Positions 59,512 to 64,000 of a stretch of DNA of 64,000 nt are shown here, in pieces. This DNA is from Antedon mediterranea. Taxonomy: Eukaryota > Animalia > Echinodermata. Positions within the stretch are counted from its first letter, which is position 1; every line of letters begins with the position of its first letter. Under the pieces are notes generated by a model. It made no database searches. It had not been told where the DNA came from and was given only the letters and a program-made list of their open reading frames with translations. Made by a program: the position numbers and the translations under genes. The DNA is taken from assembly GCF_964355755.1 (NCBI RefSeq), contig NC_092672.1, positions 13,082,001-13,146,000 on the forward strand, written 5' to 3'.

Positions 59512-60378
59512 TACACGACATACAGACTGAAACACTAAAGGGAAGCATGTATGTAGTAAAAGAATTAAATTCTTGGCCTTGTTTTGGCTTATTTATCTCA
59601 TATATTCGGATTGCACATGAAAAACTGGTCCAGAAAATAATATGAGAATGTCAACCTCCAATTGGCACAAAATGAATTAATTGACAGGATTAACGTGATC
59701 AGATAGGAGAAATGTCTTGCATTTTGGGTCAAAGGTCAGTAACGTTATTTCCGGTCATTTTTACAGATAATGTTCTATTAGTTTGAATATAAACATCTAT
59801 ATTTTGGAGAGTTTGACACCAATTACAACTTTCTGTGTCGAGTAGTTACGGAGATATGATATCTGTTAGATATTGGGTCAAAGGTCAATAGAGGTATTTC
59901 CGGCCATTTTCGGACAAAATGTTCTATTACATCAAATAGGAACATGTACATTCCAAACAATTTGACACCAAAATCAACTCTCTATGACCAGTGGTTGCCA
60001 AGATATCATAGTCTACTCTAACTGGCAGCCATTTTGAAAAAAAGTGCCCTCACGCAAGTTCTCAGGTTACAGCCCGTTTACCCAATATATTTGGATTCCC
60101 CAGAAAAAACTGGTCTAGAAAAGTTATATGAGAATTTCTACCTCTCCGGGTGGCACCTACCTCATTCATGGCCTAGTCTATTGGAGCGTAATTGTTGTTG
60201 ATATGAACTACTTTTGTACTTTTTTATTGTCTGATTTACTCCCTGGAGTGAGGGTGACTATGTAAAAAAACTTTCAACGTTACAAAGCCACACGGAAATG
60301 AACGTATAATAATGAATTCAATTTCAAAGATAAACTAGTTACACTCAGTTAATCGTCACATGCTTACTGCTTTCTACC

Positions 60379-63300
60379 ATGTTGAACGCTAAAGAGTATC
60401 TGAGTCTGGCAATTCTGATATTTGGTGCGTCAATGACGTCTGCAGGTTAGTAACCAACTTATTGTAGATAATGTTGTATATCTTGAATTTGTATCTATTT
60501 TATATTTTGAGAAAAATTGTTTATATTCTCTTTCAATTACTGCATATTGTTTCTTTTAGTTTCCACAAAGCAAAATGTATAATTATAGTCTTAAGCGCAG
60601 TAGGTTACTATACTATAACTATAATTATAAATAAAATGGGCACTGCGATACATCTCCACCAACAATTGGAAATTAATTAATGTTAGGCCTACCTTAATCA
60701 ATTTAAACGGAAACTAATATCATACTCCACCTTCTCATATGTACTAATATTTCGTACACTAATAACTTTGCTGTAATGTTTTTAAACTATTTTTAAACAT
60801 TATTTGTATATTTTCTTCCATAATAGTACCTGTAATTGTGTCCTTTAATTCTATTGAAGACTGAAATTATACACGTGTCTGTATCAACAATGCCGTGTCA
60901 CGGTTTATGGGTTTTTATTTGTATTGACTTGGTTTACTTTGATCCAAGTGCTTTTAAATTCAAATTATACACAGTAATAGAGATCTATTATTCCTGGAGT
61001 AAGGTATTATTGAGCACAATGGCAGTATAATAATGTGTTTTGAAGAGGTGACATGATGTTATTGCTTTTTTTGTGATGGGAAGTTTTACTAAAATTTGTA
61101 CCATATTTTGTTTTTAGCCAATACCACAATGGTATCTATACGTAAATAAGATACAATATTATATTTTACAGATGTTTTGGATTTCACAATAGTGGTTAAT
61201 AGTGCCGTGGTTGATGCAAACGATGAGGTTAATTTTGGTGGATACCTACATAAATCAGAAGAATCAACATCAATATTTCTAGGTCAAAATATCCTTACAG
61301 AAACTGATTCTAATGAAAATGAAGTGGAATGGACGGATGGTGATAACCCGCCGATAGTCTTAGATAATTCATTCTTTCCAACTGGAACAAGTTTAGGCAC
61401 AGAAACGACTTCAGAATACCAGGCTTTGATAATGAAAATGCCGAACAGTAGTGGTATTGCAAAAGTAGGATCGTTTTACGGAAAAGCAATGGCTCAAAAC
61501 AAAGAAGAATTTATACCTTTTGTTATTCTAAATTCAAATGGTAGTTTTCTATTTTTGTTTTTGGTTTCATTTTCTATAGACTGATCGTCTGAAATGGTAT
61601 GGGGAAAGGAAAAGTCATCGGCATCAATAACAATACAATTATCAACACTTCTGTATGTCATAGGCCTTATAGTATAAGATCATTTTAAAGACCAAAATAA
61701 TATTCAGTCTTGTGTAAAGTCTATACTTCCATGCTTAAACATTGACCCGACACGATTGACATGATCTTTTTTTTTCTTTACGCCTTCCGTCGGACAATAT
61801 TAACGATGGCGACAGGTACATGAACTCATTTAGACATAAACTGCATACATCGCACATGTGTATTGTTTTTCGTTCTTAATCTCTATTTTCCATTTTTATT
61901 ACTTGTAATGTCTTTCTTCTATTTGTATTGTTGTTACATTATTGTTGTTATGGTATGCGTAATGTAACTGTAACAAAAATAAAACTAAAACATTAACAAC
62001 TTAATATAATTAATATAATAATGAATTTAATTCAACACTGTTTTTCCGCATAGCAACTGTTGTTCCTAAGTATCGATCTTTAACTGCAAGCATCGGTGAT
62101 GATTTGACAGGCTTAATAATGGTAACCAGCTATGGGACAGGTAGTTACAGGTGGCGACATAATGGCGGAAATGTTATAACCTCATACAATGGTAAAAGTA
62201 ACCTTGAATTGACCAATGTTCGTATGGCAGATGCGGGTGTGTATGAGTGTTACTTACATGAAACAGGAAGAGACGGAAGGCATGCCATTATTCAAATAAA
62301 TGTTAAAGGTATGCATGACCTGATTGTTTAGAGTGTAGCATTTTAGTGTTCAACTATACTAACTTGTTGAAGGTTTGGTTTAATAAAAAGTTTAAATCTA
62401 AAAATGTAATGCAACTTATAAATAAGCGACTAATAATTATGGTATTAATATGTTATGTACGAAAATTACGCAATATCTGGAATATACAATATGAAAATAA
62501 CTATAATTAAAACGGAATAAGACAATTTTTAAAATAGCATAAAAACACATTAGGCCTGATACTGATTTTTGTAAAAATCAGCAATTAAGTATTCTGCATG
62601 TCAAAAGCGATTTTAAAGAGAAGGGAATCAAATGGAATTAAAGGAAATGATAAAATAGCATGTAGAAGAATAATTTTTCCTGATTTGACCATTTGACCAA
62701 TAGGAGAACTTTGAAGCCATGTGATAACTTGTGTAATCAATAAACGATAGACGTTTGATTATAATCTGATAAAGCCTGAATGCCTGAAGAAAGACAGAAC
62801 CATAGTTATTATAAGGATTATCTTATATCAAATTTTTCGAATAGGATGTTCGAAAAGGAAGTGGGGAACAGATTGTGATTTAAATTGTCCTGTATGTTAC
62901 AACGGTGGAATATGCGATCACATTACCGGCTTATGTATCTGCGCGGCTGGGTTCGAAGGCGTAGATTGTTCAAAAGGTAATGTTTACACACAATGTTTTA
63001 CATTTCATTTTATTGTAAATTTAAACATAAATCCTCCAATTTGATTTCGTGTAAATAACGTCACTGCTGTCTATCTATTGTACAGTTGACATGGTACAGT
63101 TTTGGACCCTAAATAGACAGTAGCTGCATTTGTAGTTTTGTTGGTATGTGTAATTATAGCTGTACTAGCAGGGAAGATTGAGCAATACTTTAATCTTCCC
63201 TGCTACTGTATGGAAGTTAAATATTATGGTTATGTTTACTTTAATATTAGCCTATATGGGAACCGTTATTTGAAAATCGAATTGTTTGGCTTTAATTATA

Positions 63301-63577
63301 TACCATCTATTTACTTTCTGTAAATCGGCTTAGAATATTTAGCAAAAGATAAATAACAGTGAGAAAGACCGTATTTATAATTTTGGATGTATTTCTGTAC
63401 AAATTGCATGTTTTATTACTCAACTGAGGCTTTGTATTTCAGGTTGTGAATCGTCGAACTGGGGAAGAGAGTGTTCTATAAATTCTCTAACGGAACACAT
63501 TGGAAAGACGTTTTGCCCTCCACATCCACTCAGTTGCTCTTGTTATGCTGGGTACACTGGACATGTATGTGATCAAG
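60379..63577 (+). CDS. Tie/TEK (angiopoietin receptor)-like protein, first five exons; continues beyond the window
   Basis: Signal exon 60379-60445 (MLNAKEYLSLAILIFGASMTSA). Ig-like exons 61172-61540 (DVLDFTIVVNS...GSFYG) and 62054-62308 (YRWRHNG...DAGVYEC...AIIQINV). EGF exons 62845-62976 (CSKRKWGTDC...CYNGGIC...GLCICAAGF) and 63443-63577 (WGREC...FCPPHPLSCSCYAG). All introns are phase 1. The order and the FC.P.P..CSC motif match Tie receptors. No kinase domain is visible in the window. Confidence 0.8.
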
Positions 63578-63719
63578 GTAATGAGACGAAATTGCTAGAT
63601 ATCGTTATGTTGATTTGTATCTCAAAAATGTATCATTCAAATTGCTATAGTCCTACTTTTTTTTTTTATAGAAAACTGAGTTCTTTTGCATTGCAAATAA
63701 TAGTGTCGCGCTACCAGAT

Positions 63720-64000
63720 CTTGAATTAAAATGAGATAACAATATTATTATTCGTCTATCAAAGTGTATTAAAAACTTAGGTGTAATGTTTGATAGCTCT
63801 TTAAATATGTCCTCTAAAGTAAATGCTTTATGAAAGTCATTGAATTACCAACTCCGTAAGTGGCACATACTTCAATATATTTCTAAGGATGCAAGCCCCA
63901 ATGCCTGTCCCGCCTTGACTACGTTAACTCGCTCTTGCTTGGTGCCCTCGAAGTTGATCCTAAACGATTACAGCGATTGCAGAACAAGACTGGTCGTTGC
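63720..64000 (+). mobile_element. Decayed L2/CR1-type LINE ORF2 fragment
   Basis: KNLGVMFDSSLNM...*KSLNYQLR...KRLQRLQNKTGR, with a stop codon and deletions. Confidence 0.65.

Larger units (their letters stand above)
56335..60180. mobile_element. 3.85-kb palindromic Academ-like DNA transposon derivative
   Basis: TTG|TAGACTAGGCTATGAATGAGG...CCTCATTCATGGCCTAGTCTA|TTG. The right arm 58477-60180 mirrors 56335-58223, and both arms carry a disrupted XPG/FEN1-like nuclease region. TAG...CTA ends, a 3-bp TSD and an XPG domain fit Academ (AcademX) as recalled. Confidence 0.8.

Overview
AT-rich, intron-rich eukaryotic DNA. The gene content (HYR-domain receptor, Tie-like receptor) suggests a marine invertebrate, possibly an echinoderm; that taxon call is inference only. 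I reconstructed four spliced genes by hand from GT-AG sites and phase continuity. (1) The 3' end of a nucleoredoxin-like gene (+, 1-9349). (2) A complete 13-exon VMP1 gene (-, 16595-29008, 443 aa) whose first exon and exon junction encode an N-terminal SAP-like motif. (3) A complete-looking 31-exon adhesion GPCR (+, 34278-52988, about 2620 aa) with 2 CUB, 18 HYR (each exon exactly 291 bp), EGF, GAIN/GPS and a divergent 7TM. (4) The 5' part of a Tie/TEK-like receptor gene (+, from 60379). Between genes 3 and 4 lies a 3.85-kb palindrome made of two diverged, oppositely oriented 3' halves of an Academ-like (XPG/FEN1-nuclease-domain) transposon, flanked by a 3-bp direct repeat. Introns and spacers carry non-autonomous Helitron, Helentron, hAT-, Harbinger-, Kolobok- and Ginger-like elements, LINE remnants, tandem duplications of VMP1 splice sites and several near-perfect short hairpins. 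Most other short ORFs in the supplied track are spurious. No database search was run, so family names rest on recalled motifs.
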